From NCBI GenBank assembly GCA_038143065.1, contig JAYQLI010000049.1, positions 1 to 35,050 on the forward strand: a DNA stretch of 35,050 bases. The letters run 5' to 3'. The translations under genes were made by a program, and so were the position numbers. Source of the DNA: Rhodospirillales bacterium (lineage in GTDB: Bacteria > Pseudomonadota > Alphaproteobacteria > Bin95). Of the stretch, positions 34,717 through 35,050 are shown in pieces (within the stretch, counting starts at the first letter, position 1; every line of letters starts with the position of its first letter). The notes beneath the pieces were generated by a model. It had not been told where the DNA came from, made no database searches, and was given only the letters and a program-made list of their open reading frames with translations.

Positions 34717-35050
34717 ATGCAAGACAACTTGACGTTTTTTGATGAATTAATCAAACACGAAGGCGGAATTACCGATGACGAACGTGGCGATCCTGGCAAT
34801 CAGTGGGGATGATGACACGGGAACCGCGGCTCAACCAATCTTGGTGTGACCGCAATTGTTTGGGGCATGTGGACGGGTAAACCTGCACCGACAGAAGTAC
34901 GCAAAGCAGCTTACCAAAGAAGACATCAAGCCGATGTATAAAGCCAAGTATTGGGATGCAGTGCAGGGGACTCACCCGCCATCAGGTGTGGACATTTCAG
35001 TCGCTGACTTTGGTGTGAACGCTTTAATTCCAGAGCAGCCAAAAGATTGC
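34717..35050 (+). CDS. Glycoside hydrolase family 108 lysozyme/endolysin, partial (runs off window, frameshifted)
   Basis: ELIKHEGG..DD..DPGN...GSTNLGVT...LTKEDIKPMYKAKYWDAVQG...PSGVDISVADFGVNA. Confidence 0.82.

Overview
Rhodobacteraceae (Roseobacter-group) DNA with frequent single-base indels that look like long-read error, so most genes had to be rebuilt across reading frames. In order: (1) DUF302 and TIGR01244-like genes. (2) An rRNA operon (16S, tRNA-Ile, tRNA-Ala, 23S, 5S) whose terminal tRNA-fMet lacks its 3' end. (3) A GC-richer block of about 4.45 kb with abrupt junctions at both ends, carrying a NicX-like/peptidase-M29-fold gene, an acyl-CoA dehydrogenase-family gene, a SRPBCC-alpha/beta hydrolase-TetR fusion and the start of a glutamine synthetase (GS)-family gene. 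(4) An 18-kb catabolic region with a GntR regulator and a repeated TACTGTATACAG operator. It holds a second, truncated NicX-like gene, a divergent glxBCD/mgsABC set, a class I glutamine amidotransferase, a gamma-glutamylcyclotransferase, a sarcosine oxidase-like flavoprotein and a GS-family ligase. These are followed by a bacterial microcompartment (BMC) operon (BMC-P, BMC-H, opine dehydrogenase-like protein, acylating aldehyde dehydrogenase, BMC-T, extended malate dehydrogenase, Rid protein) and a LIV-type ABC transporter. (5) An AT-richer accessory tail with an IS6 stub, HGGxSTG, DUF1127-like and GFA genes, phage-type holins and a GH108 endolysin. The main candidate for a new system is the BMC, which lacks any classical signature enzyme and is tied to a gamma-glutamyl/N-alkylglutamate amine pathway.
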